The translations under genes and the position numbers were made by a program. This document shows, piece by piece, positions 1 to 12,061 of a DNA stretch of 64,000 nt (positions within the stretch are counted from its first letter, which is position 1; each line of letters begins with the position of its first letter). The stretch comes from Oikopleura dioica (taxonomy: Eukaryota > Animalia > Chordata): assembly GCA_907165135.1 (NCBI GenBank), contig OU015568.1:15139208-15203207 (forward strand). The letters run 5' to 3'. The notes under the pieces are model-generated. The model was given only the letters and a program-made list of their open reading frames with translations, ran no database searches and was not told the origin of the DNA.

Positions 1-248
1 GCCGATTGACCTCCGATTCCTGCTCCAATTACGATCGCTTTTCTAAAATTTTACTTCTCAGCTTTTTACAGTTGTTTTTCGGTACCTCTGAGCCATTTTT
101 CTCTGCGTGTTTTGGTTTTATTTGAAAAGGAAGTTATGACTCAATGTTGAAATATTTCACAAAAGGGGCGAAATTAAACATGTGACTCAGTAGATCGATA
201 CTGTTGGCAGAAGGCCATGTTCAGGTGCAACCTCTACAAGCATTAAAG

Positions 249-421
249 TCTGGGCTCGGCAACCTGAGTCAGGTTTTGGAAGAGCTAAATAAATCATCTA
301 AATTTTCTTCAAACTCCTGGCGAAGCCGCTTTGCGGCTTCGTTTTAAAAAGCCGCTTCGCGGCTTTTCATTTTAGCTCTTCTAGAGCCTGACTCAGGTTT
401 TCTCAGGTTGCCGAGCCCAGA
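249..421. mobile_element. Hairpin-rich MITE, family A
   Basis: 20-bp terminal inverted repeat TCTGGGCTCGGCAACCTGAG / CTCAGGTTGCCGAGCCCAGA; flanking direct repeat TTAAAG; internal AAGCCGCnnnGCGGCTT palindromes; related copies at 2441, 3341, 7308. Confidence 0.85.
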
Positions 422-786
422 TTAAAGATATTCGTGCATTATGTAATTGCTATATTTTATTGGGATAACGATGAACCCAATTATGAATGCGAATTTGTCC
501 GCTGAAATTTCAAATCAGATCATAGTGAAAATTAGTTCAAACAAGATGAGGGGAGCGGTTGTTCTAGGGAACCGTTATTATTTCATGCTCGCTCGCGTAA
601 ATTGAAAGACGCCCGGAGCAGAATTATCTTCTCGTGGCGCTAGAGAGCCCACATCAGGACAACTCATTATTGACATGTGCACGGGGAAGAATAAGGTCGG
701 ACGAAAATTACAGAAAAGAAAGGGCGAGTTTTAAATTTTCGATAAGAGGATTCGCAGAAAAGAAGACAGAGATTGAAAACAGAAGA

Positions 787-3700
787 ATGACGAAGGGAAG
801 CTTCAACCTTGGAGTTGTGTGTGGAATTCTTCTAGTTTTCGTAGTTTCGGCGTATTTTACGATGATAAATCAAGAGAGCTTTTTAAGAAGTCCAGAATAT
901 GTTCAAAAACGTAAGTCTTTAGGCAAAATTTAATTGGATATTTTTCGAAATATTTACCAAAATTAATTTGGTATATGTGAATTGAAAATTTCTTGATTAT
1001 AAGTGGAAATTAGTAAAGAAATTTTCTTGGGACTCATCAAAATTACGAATAATAATTAAAATTAAATTGGTACTTTGACGGTTTTTCTTCGATCATTATT
1101 GATGATAAGAGGGTCTAATTGAATGATATTTAATCAATGATCAATTAGTAATTGACAATTACCAGTCATAAAATACTGAGTTTTTCTCTGAAAACGATTT
1201 CCAGGATCCAAATAGTGTAAAAGGAAATGTCACTCAAAACACGTGTAACGTGAATTATGTTTTTCCTAAAAACATTGCACTCAAGCTCTTTTATTACGTG
1301 CTTACCACAATGCATGATGTACCAGGTAGATCAGCGAACGACTGTAGTTTTGGCTAGAAAAACAAACTTTCAATATTTGAAAAATTGAAATATTGAAAAA
1401 AAATGACGGATGCTTTAGGAGATATTGAAATGGAAGCGAGCAGAACAAATTCTAGCGATTTTCTCAGCCGGAGAAATGACGAGCGAGTGAATCTGCTTAG
1501 AAAAGGTTGCAACTTGGACCAAAGGCGGCGTTAACCTATCCAAAAATGGCAAGCCAGCTCAAGAGCTTGTTTAATTGAACGGAAAATATTGCGGTCAGGG
1601 TTCTAAGTTCGCTTTGAACCAGTTCAATTGGTTGGTTAGCGTTTTGAAAGCATTTTCCGGGAATCGAAAAACATGGACTTCGATGAACTGCGAAAAATTC
1701 AGGTGGAACTGCTCGCCACGTCAGAGAAAATTGAAAGCGGCGCTAAACTGACGTTCGTTGAAAACAGAAAACAGCTTTACGACCTTTTTGACTTGAAGAA
1801 CAACGATCTCCTTACTTGTCTACCCCCGAAGGTAATTATTCATAATTGCATTTCTGAAATCAGCGAAATATGCAGGCAGATGTTTTGCTCGAATTCATCA
1901 ATGATTTCATCGTTGTACTTTAAAAAGAACGGTGCTCAGTTTTTCGCCAGCAAGATTTCAATTTAACCCCTTTGAATCAAGATATTCAATCCTTAACTAT
2001 TTTCTCGAAAAATGATCTTTGATTATTTTAACGAAATCAATCAACTGACGGCCTCGAAATTTAAACTGTCCAAAATCTTGTTTCTTCAATTTTTTAAAAA
2101 TAACTTTTTTCATAATCGAAAAAAAACATTCTTTTTAACCAGCATTGCGTCTTCTTGAAAAGGGCTTATCTCGCAAGTGCTGAGAGCTGACGAGTTTTCA
2201 AAGGATTGACAAAATCCGCCAACACTATAAAATCGCGCGTGTTTGACTTTGCAACAACAATTTGTCAAGTTCTTCATTTTAGACCGGCACCACAAACTGG
2301 CAACGATACTTTGCCGCGCTGCTCTATCCGGAACGCGAGCCGGAGAGTTTTGGAACTGACGAAATCTTCAAAGTTTTGCCTCGCTTCAAGACGAAAAATG
2401 AAATAGTCGACCAGGTATTTTTTTACAAAAATTATCACTTTTCTAGAGCGCCTGATTCAGTCTTTCAGGGTGGGAAAGAACTGAAATGAAAAGCCGCAAA
2501 GCGGCTTTTTAAAAACGAAGCCGCAAAGCGGCTTCGCAAATATTACCATGACAATCTATCAAAAATTCTGGCGAAGCCGCTTCGCGGCTTCGTTTTTTAA
2601 AAAGCCGCTGCGCGGCTTTTCATCTCAATTTTTCAGAGCCTAGTAGAGCGCTCTAAGTTAGAGCCCTCTAACTAAAAACCACTTTGAAATGTTTTTTTCA
2701 GGCGAAAATCCACAGCGTAGAAATGCGAATGATCAACGTTCGCCACCCATTTGCCCGAATTCTTTCCGCCTGGCGACAAAAATTTGGAAAGGATTTTTGG
2801 AACTTGGACATGTACGTCAGAAAATATGGAAAGAGCATTTCGAAGTTCGAGGAGATCAATTACGAGAATGAAAATGTCTTTTCTTTCCGAGCGTTTTTGG
2901 AGTACATCGTCGCTGTCGCCGAAATCAATCAGTTTGACTATCACTGGAAAACGATGGACTTTGAGGTTTGCGAAATTGAAATTGTTTATGTTCTTCTGAA
3001 CGACCAAACACGTTTTTACGCGGCCAAAGAAATCCTAGAGGCGCGTTTTCTCAAAACCGCAGCGGCTGCCCTCCTCGGTCACCGGAGTTGATAATCTCGT
3101 GTTTTTGAACTTTCTGAATTATTTATTGCTTGCTTTCTAAACTTGTCGATTTTAGTGCTCGCCTTGCTTCGTGGACTACACGATCGTGACGAAGCAGGAG
3201 ACTTCTGCGACGGACGCCAAATTCGTTACCGAACGCGCTCATGTAAGAAACTTATTTAATTTATATGACAACTTTGATACCGAGCGATTTAAAATTTATC
3301 AACCTTTACTACGAAAATTTCGCATTTACGGAATCGTATTTCTGGGCTCGGCAACCTGAGTCAGGTTCTGAAGATCTTAAACGAAAAGCCGCGCGGCGGC
3401 TTTTTTTATTTACGAAGCCGCAAATATATAACCATTACAATCTATCGAAAATTCTGCCAAAGCCGCATTGCGGCATTGTTTTTAAAAAAGCCGCGTTGCG
3501 GCTTTTCATTTTAGCTTTTCAAAACCTGACTCAGATTTTCTACACAGGTTCTAGAGCCCAGTATAGGGGACTTTATTTACTGTTATTTTTTACAATATTT
3601 TTCCAATGAAATAATCTTCCAAAATTCGACACTATTTTGATTTCCGCGGTATTTTCAATTTTAATTTAGAAAATAAATTTTCCCCAGTCTGAGACTTTCT

Positions 3701-3926
3701 CAAATTAGAAATCGCTGCAGCACAAAAATTCTTGCTAACTGGATTAATTCAGCTCCAAGGGCTGACCCACTTGCCGGGGCAGTATTCTGACTCGCCACTT
3801 CTGAGCTCTGGCCTGATCGACTTCTACCGAGACATCCCAGAAGATATCATCAAGAAGCTTTACAAAATCTACTTTGTGGACTTTTTATTATTTGGCTATT
3901 CGATCGACGAGTTTCTAAGTCATTAA
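787..3926 (+). CDS. Golgi carbohydrate sulfotransferase (Sulfotransfer_2, CHST8-14/HNK-1ST-like), multi-exon
   Basis: N-terminal TM; spliced 5'-PSB motif CLPPK|TGTTNWQR (exon 2283-2414); 3'-PB motif VRHPFARILSAWRQKF; HW..CSPC..DY; C-terminal LYKIYFVDFLLFGY. Confidence 0.9.
1525..1650 (+). other. GC-AG intron with terminal stem
   Basis: Needed to join DQ-S|IFRESKNMDF in frame; GCGTTAACC pairs with GGTTAGCGT (2 G-U). Confidence 0.6.
2441..2670. mobile_element. Degenerate family-A MITE in sulfotransferase intron
   Basis: Four AAGCCGC/GCGGCTT hairpins in inverted arrangement, similar to 249-421. Confidence 0.7.
3341..3561. mobile_element. Family-A MITE in sulfotransferase intron
   Basis: Starts TCTGGGCTCGGCAACCTGAGTCAGG, ends GAGCCCAG; same internal hairpins. 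Confidence 0.8.
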
Positions 3927-4863
3927 TAAGTACGTTTTTGTTTATGCCTTCAATTATGTCTTCAATGTGCTATTTAAAAAATAAGCTTTGTACAAAAAAT
4001 ATCTAAAAAAAATTAATTTTCTTAAAGAAATTGAGCACTATTGGGAAGAAAAATGGATTTTTTCTTGTCGATTTCGCTAAAAAATTCTTTTGCGAAAATA
4101 AAATTTATACTCTTCTTTGATCTTTTCGCTAGAAAATATCACCTGTAAATGTACATCATCACTGGCCCAAGTATTCTTTGAGAATAAAAGAAACTTTAAA
4201 AAACGTTCCAGCGGCTTTCTTACGTGTCAGTAAAAGTCAACCGCCGTTCGAAATTGAGTCAATTACAGTCATTAGGAAACCAATTATTGAGAAAGCATCC
4301 GCTTTAAGCGTTGAGGCGACACTTGCATGATGCCCTAATGCATGAGAAAATAGGAGGAGGCCGAAAAAGAGAGGGTCTGTTTTGATTCCCTGATTTTTGT
4401 GGTTTTTGATTGATGTTTCTACAGAGAGACATAATTCACGGCGAGCGCGTTCCTGATTTACAGGTCAGTTGACAAATGCGCACAAGCTGAATTATTAAGA
4501 AGCTTTAATTGAGTTGAACACGCATTTTGCCTAACACCGCCACTCAAAGAACAGAGAAAAGAAAATAACAGACGACAACAACTTTCAAAAATGCTGGACA
4601 ATCCTCATCAGGGCTTATCTAGGGCTCAAAGATGTCAACAAATCTGAAATATTAAGGACACTCCAAAAGTTCTAATTTAGGAAACATGAATTTTATTCAA
4701 GAGTCGACTTGAAACTTTTTTTGTTTTTGATAATTTTCGAGCTTATCAAAAAGTCTGCTTCAATTTATCCCCTCAAGTCGCCAGTTCACGAGTAAAGGTA
4801 TGACTAGAGCTTTCTCAGGAGCTACGCAAGCATTCATAATCCAATCTCAAACGCGTGTTTAGC

Positions 4864-5072
4864 GATTTCGTGAGGAGCTTCCTTATTGGGGATGGTTCGA
4901 CTCGTCGTTGCTCTGTTGCCTGGGATGGGAATCTGACGAAGATGATGAGGACTATGACAGTGGTGAGCTTTTTGCGTTTTTCCGGTATTGAAAATTCATT
5001 TCAGACGAGTCACCTGATGATTTCGAAGAAGTCTACCAAATGCTCCCAACAATTTCAGAAACAGTCGCCTGA
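4864..5072 (+). CDS. Possible last two exons of a small acidic protein (..PYWGWFDSSLLCCLGWESDEDDEDYDS|DESPDDFEEVYQMLPTISETVA*)
   Basis: In-frame join across a short GT-AG intron; start not located. Confidence 0.3.
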
Positions 5073-5254
5073 TCAGTGGTCACCTTGTTTTTCCCATTAT
5101 TTCTGTCGATCTGTAAATACTTAAAACTCGTTTAAATTCGAACTCAATGAATAGATAATGCCCAAAAATTGACGGCTCGAAACTAATAATTCGCCTTCGA
5201 CAGCTTCGAAAAGCACTTTGAAAAGCAGAAATAAAAAAAATTGCGATGGTGTAT

Positions 5255-6501
5255 TTAGCAGTCTTGATTTTCAGTTGGTAAACCGCGGCAGCAAAAGGGT
5301 TGGCTTCTTGTTTTCAGATGGAAATCTGGAGCGTTTCCACAACACTTATCGCCGGTTGGTGGTGGTCTTGGTTTTCCTCCGCCGCTTCCGTTGGAGTTTC
5401 CTCCACCGCCGTGGTGGGGACAGGATTTTGCTCGGTCGAAACCAGCTCTTCCTATGGAAAATTATTGTTATTCGTCAATTGGATCGTCTAGGGTTAGGGT
5501 TGGGCCCCTAATGGTTAGGGTTGATCCCCTAGACTTTAGGGAATTTGATCACTACCGGCATGATATTTGACGTCCCAGCTCATTTCGTGTTCTTTGAGTT
5601 CTAGAGCCAAGCGCTTGTCACATTCGCAAATGTCTCTTCTGCAAGGATTCTTATTCTGTGAACAGTCTAGTGTCTTTGACTCGGTGTCGACTATCAATTT
5701 GTAGATGTTGTCTTCTGGCAGACACGTGCTGCTCTTGGTCTGAAATTTGAAATTTGAGACGCTTTTTAAAGCTCGTTTAACGCGCAAAACTGGGTGCACG
5801 ATATTAGCACGGCTTTAGAGTTTATACCTTGTGTTTATCTGATAAGCAGGTAGTGCACACGTGATGTTGCCGGCAGGCTCTGTCAATATCGTCCACTGGG
5901 TTTCCGCCCGGCGCCACTTCGTCCATAATGATGTGTTCGTGGACGGCTAAGCACCAACAACCATAGCCGCAGTATCGACCGAAGCCGGTGCCGACCGTTG
6001 TATTAAGCTTCTTGATTGAGTCTGCCATTACACCGACGATTGCGACCTTAAGGGTGTCTACATCGATTTTGGTTATCCCAGTTAGGGTTAGGGTTAGGGG
6101 ATACAATACAAATGCCTTACAAATTTTTTTTCTTGACGGCACCCCTTATTTGTTAATTGAAACTTGGACAAGAGGGTTCAAAAAATGCCAATTTTCTCTC
6201 AAGCTCAGTCATGAAAGTCAAGTTGGTTCCAGTGACAGAGATGACATTTTAGAACCGAGGGTAATTTGGCATCATCTCTCACCTTTAGCTGTTTCATCTT
6301 TCTGGACGCTAGAAGTCCCTTTTCCGACCGTTCCAAAAGTCCACCAAACTGGCTGAAAAACTCATCGTCTTCAGACTCGATCCCTACCGCCTTGAAGTAA
6401 GTGTCTACCGCCCGATCGTAAGAAAGATCATCCGGATCTAGGATCACTTTCAGGCTCTCAACGGGGCTCAAAAGAGCTGCTAAAAAGTAAAAAAGCATCA
6501 T
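5255..6501 (-). CDS. Secreted phospholipase A2-like protein, 4 exons, divergent active site
   Basis: Signal peptide; YGCWC, PVDDIDRACRQHHVC and CRRDICECDKRLA motifs; last exon GFDRAKSC...CCGNAPDF...CC. Confidence 0.85.
6082..6099 (+). repeat. (TTAGGG)3 telomere-like tract in intron
   Basis: Direct reading; similar tracts at 5489-5522, 8342-8353, 43988-44175. Confidence 0.8.
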
Positions 6502-6785
6502 TTTAATTTTTTTTCTAGCGCTATCGAGTTATTCCCTTAGCGAAAGAAGTGAATGAAGACTTTCCCGAGCGGGTGGTGCTATTTATGTGCGAAAAACTAA
6601 ATCAAATTAGATGTTCCGTTTTAATGCGAGTTCTGCTCAATTTTCCCAAGAATCTTTGATCATTCTACCGTACTTTCGCTTCTTATTTAATAACAACGGC
6701 GGCGAATTTCGATCAAAGTTGACAAAAATTGCATTTATCAATTCAAAAATCATCTTGTGTATTTTATTATGAACAGTTGTTTCAG

Positions 6786-7172
6786 TCAGTTGTCGTTTTT
6801 GGTCGCGACCCAATCGAATGGTTTTTGAACTTTTCTCTTCTTCTCAGTTTCAGAATTCTTCTCGGCAGAAATGAGTCCAACATCCAACAGCATTCCTTCT
6901 TTTTTGAATTGAAGATTTTTCGAATTCCTTCATTCAAAAATCAAAAAATCGAAATCGAATTTTCAAATCATTCCTGGAAATTCGGATATTTCTTCCGCCT
7001 CTTCGCTTTGTACTTCAACAACACCAACTGGCCCCTGCACATCTTCATATTTGTCGACAAAGTCGTTGACTCTTAGTCTCTTCGCTCTCTGAGCAAGTGT
7101 TCTTGGCCTTCCAAAAACATTGCCGCTGACGGAAGAAAGCTGAAGAAAAATCAGATTCAAAAGCAGCTTCAT
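6786..7172 (-). CDS. Small secreted protein or peptide precursor, 2 exons
   Basis: Signal peptide MKLLLNLIFLQLSSVSG; dibasic KR sites; GA-AG intron 6899-6973 gives an open second exon. Confidence 0.55.
6899..6973 (-). other. GA-AG intron with terminal stem
   Basis: GAA-TGATTTGAA ... TTCAATTCA-AAAAAG (8 of 9 positions pair). Confidence 0.6.
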
Positions 7173-7307
7173 TTTTCCTCTTTTCAAATGAGAGAATGAA
7201 GAGAAGAACTGTTGATGTATTTGCAGTTTTGGCATTCTAAATAAAAGGACATGAAATAAGCTTTTCAAAACACATTCTTTCTAAAGGACAAAACATGTTC
7301 CCAGTCT

Positions 7308-7351
7308 TCTGGGCTTGGAAACCTGTGTAGAAGTTCTGAGTCAGGTTCTGA
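7308..7351. mobile_element. Truncated end of family-A MITE
   Basis: TCTGGGCTTGGAAACCTGTGTAGAA..TGAGTCAGG resembles the family terminus. Confidence 0.55.
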
Positions 7352-7597
7352 GCGGTTTCCTCCTTTTTATTTTCATCCAAAAGTGACCCTTTTTTTTAAT
7401 AATTTAACTGCGATGAACTTGTCCTGTCGGTGTTATAAAATCAATAACGAGCGATTCAAAATCATGTTAAGAACAATATAATAAAGGCAATAAAATTCTA
7501 GTGGTTATGATTCAAGAGCGATAATGACTCAGGCGAGCATAAAATTTTGAAAATCGAAACGGGAAAATCGCCAGTTTACTTGACTTTAAGAGTAGAG

Positions 7598-8898
7598 ATG
7601 GAGCTCAGCATCGCGGAAGGACAAATTATTAATATCAGAAGATCTACCAGCAAAGAAAAGGTGCCAATGTTTCTTATCAAGGATATGCTGGCACATGGGT
7701 AGGATTTTTTTTAATATTAGTTAGAAACATTCAGGGGCTTTGGTGGAATCTACGTTGCTAGAGATCTGACCCGGGATAGAGAAATCGTGTTGAAAATGGA
7801 AAGTCACAAAGCAAAGCATCCACAGCTAGAAATCGAGAAAGAAATTTACTCGTAAGCAATTTTGAACCCAAAAAGAACCCTTTTTACATTAAAATTGCCA
7901 ATTTTAACCTCCAAATTAGATTGATTTACGATAGAAAAACCCAATTTATTCCGCATTTTCCGATGTTTCACCGATTCCAGCAAAAGGTCAAGCTGGATTT
8001 CCTCGGAGAAAACGAAAAGAAAGAATCAAATCTCTTCAACCTTTTGGCGATAGAAAGACTCGGCCCGAATCTGTATCATATTCTGAGGCGGAGCAAAAAA
8101 AGAAAATTTCATTTGGAAGAAAACAGGGGAAAATTTAAAGAAGGAATCAGTCTCAAAGCTGTCATGGAAATTGCTGTGCAGTGTTTTGAGTGCATCGAAT
8201 TTCTTCACGAAAAGAAAGTCGTCCATCGTGATATAAAGCCGGATAACTTCGTTGTCGGGCTTATTGGCACTTCCAAACGCTCGGTGGTTCATTTGGTCGA
8301 TTTTGGGCTAGCAAAAAAGGTATTCAAAAAAGGGGCAACTGTTAGGGTTAGGGTTTCATAAGAAATCAAAATTTCTTTATTTATGAAAAACCGAAAGGAA
8401 AAAAATATCTTTCCAGTATGAATCAAAAAATGTATTTATGCCGAAAGAAGCAAAGTACTGTACCGGTACTGATAGTTACATGTCCCTCCATGTTCAAGCT
8501 TCCCGCCGAAACCCCTCGTTGAGAGATGACTGTATTTCTCTTTGGAAAGTGGCTAAAAATTTATCTTTCCACTATTTTTTTTTTGGATGAGATTAGCCAC
8601 TATGAAGCTACACGCTTTTTGAATTATACCGCGGCGTTCTTTGGTGGAGCAAGCTCAAAATTGAAAACAAGAAAGAAAAAGTCAAAAAGATCATCGAGCT
8701 GAAACACGCGCAACTCAAGCAAGGTGTCCAAGAAGAATTCCCAGAGATGAAGCAAATTCAAAATATTTTAGGTACTTTTGAATTTGAATTCTGACTGATA
8801 TATTTTAAGAAAATTGTTATGCAATGGCCTTCACTGAGTTTCCGAACTACGAAATGTTTCGTACGCAATTAAGGGGGTGCACAACGGATTACAGTTAA
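7598..8898 (+). CDS. Casein kinase 1 / TTBK-family Ser/Thr kinase, divergent
   Basis: G|GFGGIY, VLKMES..KHPQLEIE, LGPNL, HRDIKPDNF, DFGLAK, TGTDSYMS, SLRDDCISL. Confidence 0.88.
8545..8607 (+). other. GA-AG intron with terminal stem
   Basis: Restores DDCISL-C|YTLFEL of the kinase; GAA-AGTGGCTAA ... TTAGCCACT-ATGAAG is a perfect 9-bp stem. Confidence 0.8.
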
Positions 8899-9505
8899 CT
8901 GAAAACTTGTTTTTTTTTCGATCGAAAAACATCAAATTACCAAAAAATGAACGAAATTGGTCATTCTTGGGAATTTTATTTGAATTTTATATTGAATTTT
9001 TAATTCGTTGTGACCCCCCAAAAGCCAGATGCAAGAAGCGAATGCTGCTCATTGTGGGCACGCACTGGACTGGCTTACGCCAGAGTTTTCCGATTTGTAG
9101 CTTCTGCCTTTTTCTGTTTATCGAAAATATATCAACTGACGAAATTATCCTGTTACTTATTTAATGTATTCAGACGGAATCGTAGCAACGAGATACAGTA
9201 TAATTTTTAATAAAGCGGAAGTCTTGGTTAATTTCGCAAGAGTCTAAAAGGCTATTTAGAAACACTTCAATTTGAGAAATTATAAATTTTTTGCGATAAG
9301 AGCTCTTGATGAGAAACCATTTTTAGATAATAGAAAGCAAATAAAAATGCTTGTGGCCTGTCAGAAAAAACCAATAGAATGATCGTTCGATGCGCCCGCT
9401 CTCTGCCAATATAAAAAGACACTGCGCAAAGTTTTCCACTCAGACAAGTTCGAGAGATAAAAAAATAGATTTTCGTTCGAAAATTTATGTTTCATTTTTT
9501 AGAGA

Positions 9506-10655
9506 ATGCGATCGTTGAAATTGAACACAGGAAACTCCATTCCAGAGCTTGGATTTGGCACTTGGCTCGCCGCTCCTGGCGTCGTCCAGACATCTGTAGA
9601 AGCTGCGATCAAAACCGGTTTCCGACACATTGACTGCGCCGCCATTTACGGAAACGAGAAAGAAGTTGGTGCGGCGTTCAAAAATGCTTTTGCCAGCGTA
9701 AGTTTTTTCAGAGAGAAAAATTTTTATAGAAGAGTGGATTTTAGGGTGTGAAGAGAAGCGATCTTTTCGTCACCTCAAAACTGTGGAATACATTCCACAA
9801 GCCAGCGGAAGTCAGGCCCGCTTTGGAGAGAACTCTCGCTGACTTGGGTCTTGAATATCTCGATCTGTACTTGATTCACTGGCCGATGGGTTACGACAAC
9901 GGCGGGGACGTGAGCAACACGTTTCCGCGAAACGAAGATGGAACCATTATCGCCAGCGATTCGGACTACCTCGACGCCTGGAAAGAAATGGAAAAGCTAG
10001 TTGCGGCTGGACTGGTCAAAGCGATCGGAGTTTCGAATTTTTCCAAAAGCCAGATCCAGCGCTGCATCGACAACAGCAACACTGTTCCGGCGGTGAACCA
10101 GGTCGAATGCCACCCGTATTTTAATCAAAGCGATTTGGCGAGCTTCTGCAAGGAAAGAGGAATTCTTCTTACCGCTTACTCGCCCTTTTGCAATCCTGGC
10201 AGACCCTGGGCCGGAACTGAAAAAGGTAAAAAAAATACCAAAAACCCGTTTTGATCTTGCTTTATTATTAAGACGGAAAGAATAACGAACAAGTTCCTCT
10301 TCTGCAAAATGAAGTCGTCGCCTCTGTGGCGGCAAAATACAAGAAAAATAATGGACACGTTCTCCTCCGATATCAACTTGACAGAGGGTAAGTGCCCAAA
10401 ACAAGGACAAACTTTTCATAATTTTACAGAATCGTGTGCCTGACGAAGTCCGTGAATCCGGAACGAATCGCCTCGAACTTCGACATTTTCTCGTTCGAGC
10501 TCAACGGCGACGATTTGAAAAAGCTCGATGGGCTCCAGACTGGAGTGCGAATGCTCCCACTCGACTGGGACGGACTCAAAAACGTAAGAATGAATTTAGA
10601 ATTCCCAGAGTCTTCATAAATTTTCTAGCACAAAGACTACCCCTTCCACGAGTAA
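9506..10655 (+). CDS. Aldo-keto reductase (AKR1-like), 5 exons
   Basis: LGFGTW, GFRHIDCAAIYGNE, FVTSKLW, LDLYLIHWP, IGVSNF, NQVECHP, KSVNPERI, H.DYPF. Confidence 0.95.
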
Positions 10656-10722
10656 AATGAAAATCATTTCCTGTGACAAGTTAACAAGAAGAATATACAA
10701 ATCAAGTGAGAAAGTGTCTCAT

Positions 10723-11834
10723 TTATTGATATTTTGGCTGACTTTGGCTTTGCAGCTTCTCAATTCGTTCTTTGAGCGTCATGGCATTCTGAAATTATAA
10801 TTACCCGATGATACCGGTTTTATCATGTCTTACCCCTTTCTCATGGGTTGGCAGTGAAAATGAGCTTTTTTGTGCATTTGTGACTCGTCCAGGTCGACTT
10901 GGAGCTGGCTTCATTTCGGTCTTGAATGGAATCGGTTTTTGAGACAATACTCTTGACTCCTTAAATTTTTTATCAGCCGAAATTCGTGATTCAAGCATAA
11001 AGATCTATATCGAAAACGATACCTCTTGTTTCGGAGCGTTATCAATAGGAGAAGAGAATCTCTTCGCCAGGCCTTGAACAGATACTTTTCCAGGGCTTGA
11101 ATTTTCTTCTTTATCATTCTTTTGAGTAGTGTTTCTAATTTGATTTGAGACTGCTACATAAGTTGTTGGATTCACGACAGGACTGGTTGTTCTTTTTAGA
11201 CTAGGAATGACAGGTTTGGGGGGAATTGGCGTTTTTCGAGGTTGAAAATGTCGTCTGAAAATGATCAACTTTTGATTTAAAACTTTGAAGCGTTAATAGA
11301 TTGATCACGTGCCTAGAAGAAAGTGGAGAAAGCTGCGACTCTCTGTTAGCCGTCTCGTTGAGATTCATTCTGTTGATTCTATCTTTGACGGACATACTCT
11401 CCTCAACTGGAAAATGAGGCCGGATTCTATCCGGATCTGACTCTAATTTCGCGGCAATCGGTGTTTCAAGTTTTCTAATTGGCGGGCTCAGTCTACTGGG
11501 CACTTGATATTCGGCTAATTTTGGCTCATCAACCTTTTTTTCAACGTTTTTTGACTCGGATGCGTTGGTTTTTTGGTAAATTTGTCGACGCGCCCACTTT
11601 TCTGTTTCATTTTGGGTGTGGACTCACAGTCCTTTTACAACGAAAAATGCTGAGAAAAGTGGTTTCGATTGATGAGCCATAAACTGAATGGCTAGCAGAC
11701 GGAAAGGACTTGTTCATCTTCGTCTGGCTTCTGGCGCCATCGTCTGACACCGGCAAACTTATGTCTTCCTTTGTGTAGTAAGCTAAACTACCTGTTGAGC
11801 TTTCTTCGGGTTTTGATGGCTCTGATCTTGGCAA
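10723..11834 (-). CDS. Proline-rich disordered protein, multi-exon (may be the 3' part of the gene at 12062-13097)
   Basis: Chained ORFs with PPKP, SVKDRI and SVQGLAKRF motifs, joined by short introns. Confidence 0.5.
11255..11312 (-). other. GC-AG intron with terminal stem
   Basis: Joins PLSS-R|RHFQPRK; GTGATCAA pairs with TTGATCAT. Confidence 0.7.
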
Positions 11835-12061
11835 GGTTTGAAAACAAGTTACAATGATTGTTTTATGATTCCCAAATTACTGGTTATGTTAGATGATTTA
11901 AAACCACGTGGCTTAGCGTGACGTATTCATAATTTTTAATTGCTTCAAGAGCGGAGTTGTCGATTTCAACTTTTTACAGGTTATTCAATTTGCTTTAGGA
12001 GACGATTTTTAAGAATTTTCGTCAAAGAAAAAAGGTTTAAAATGTTTAATTGACGTCAATT

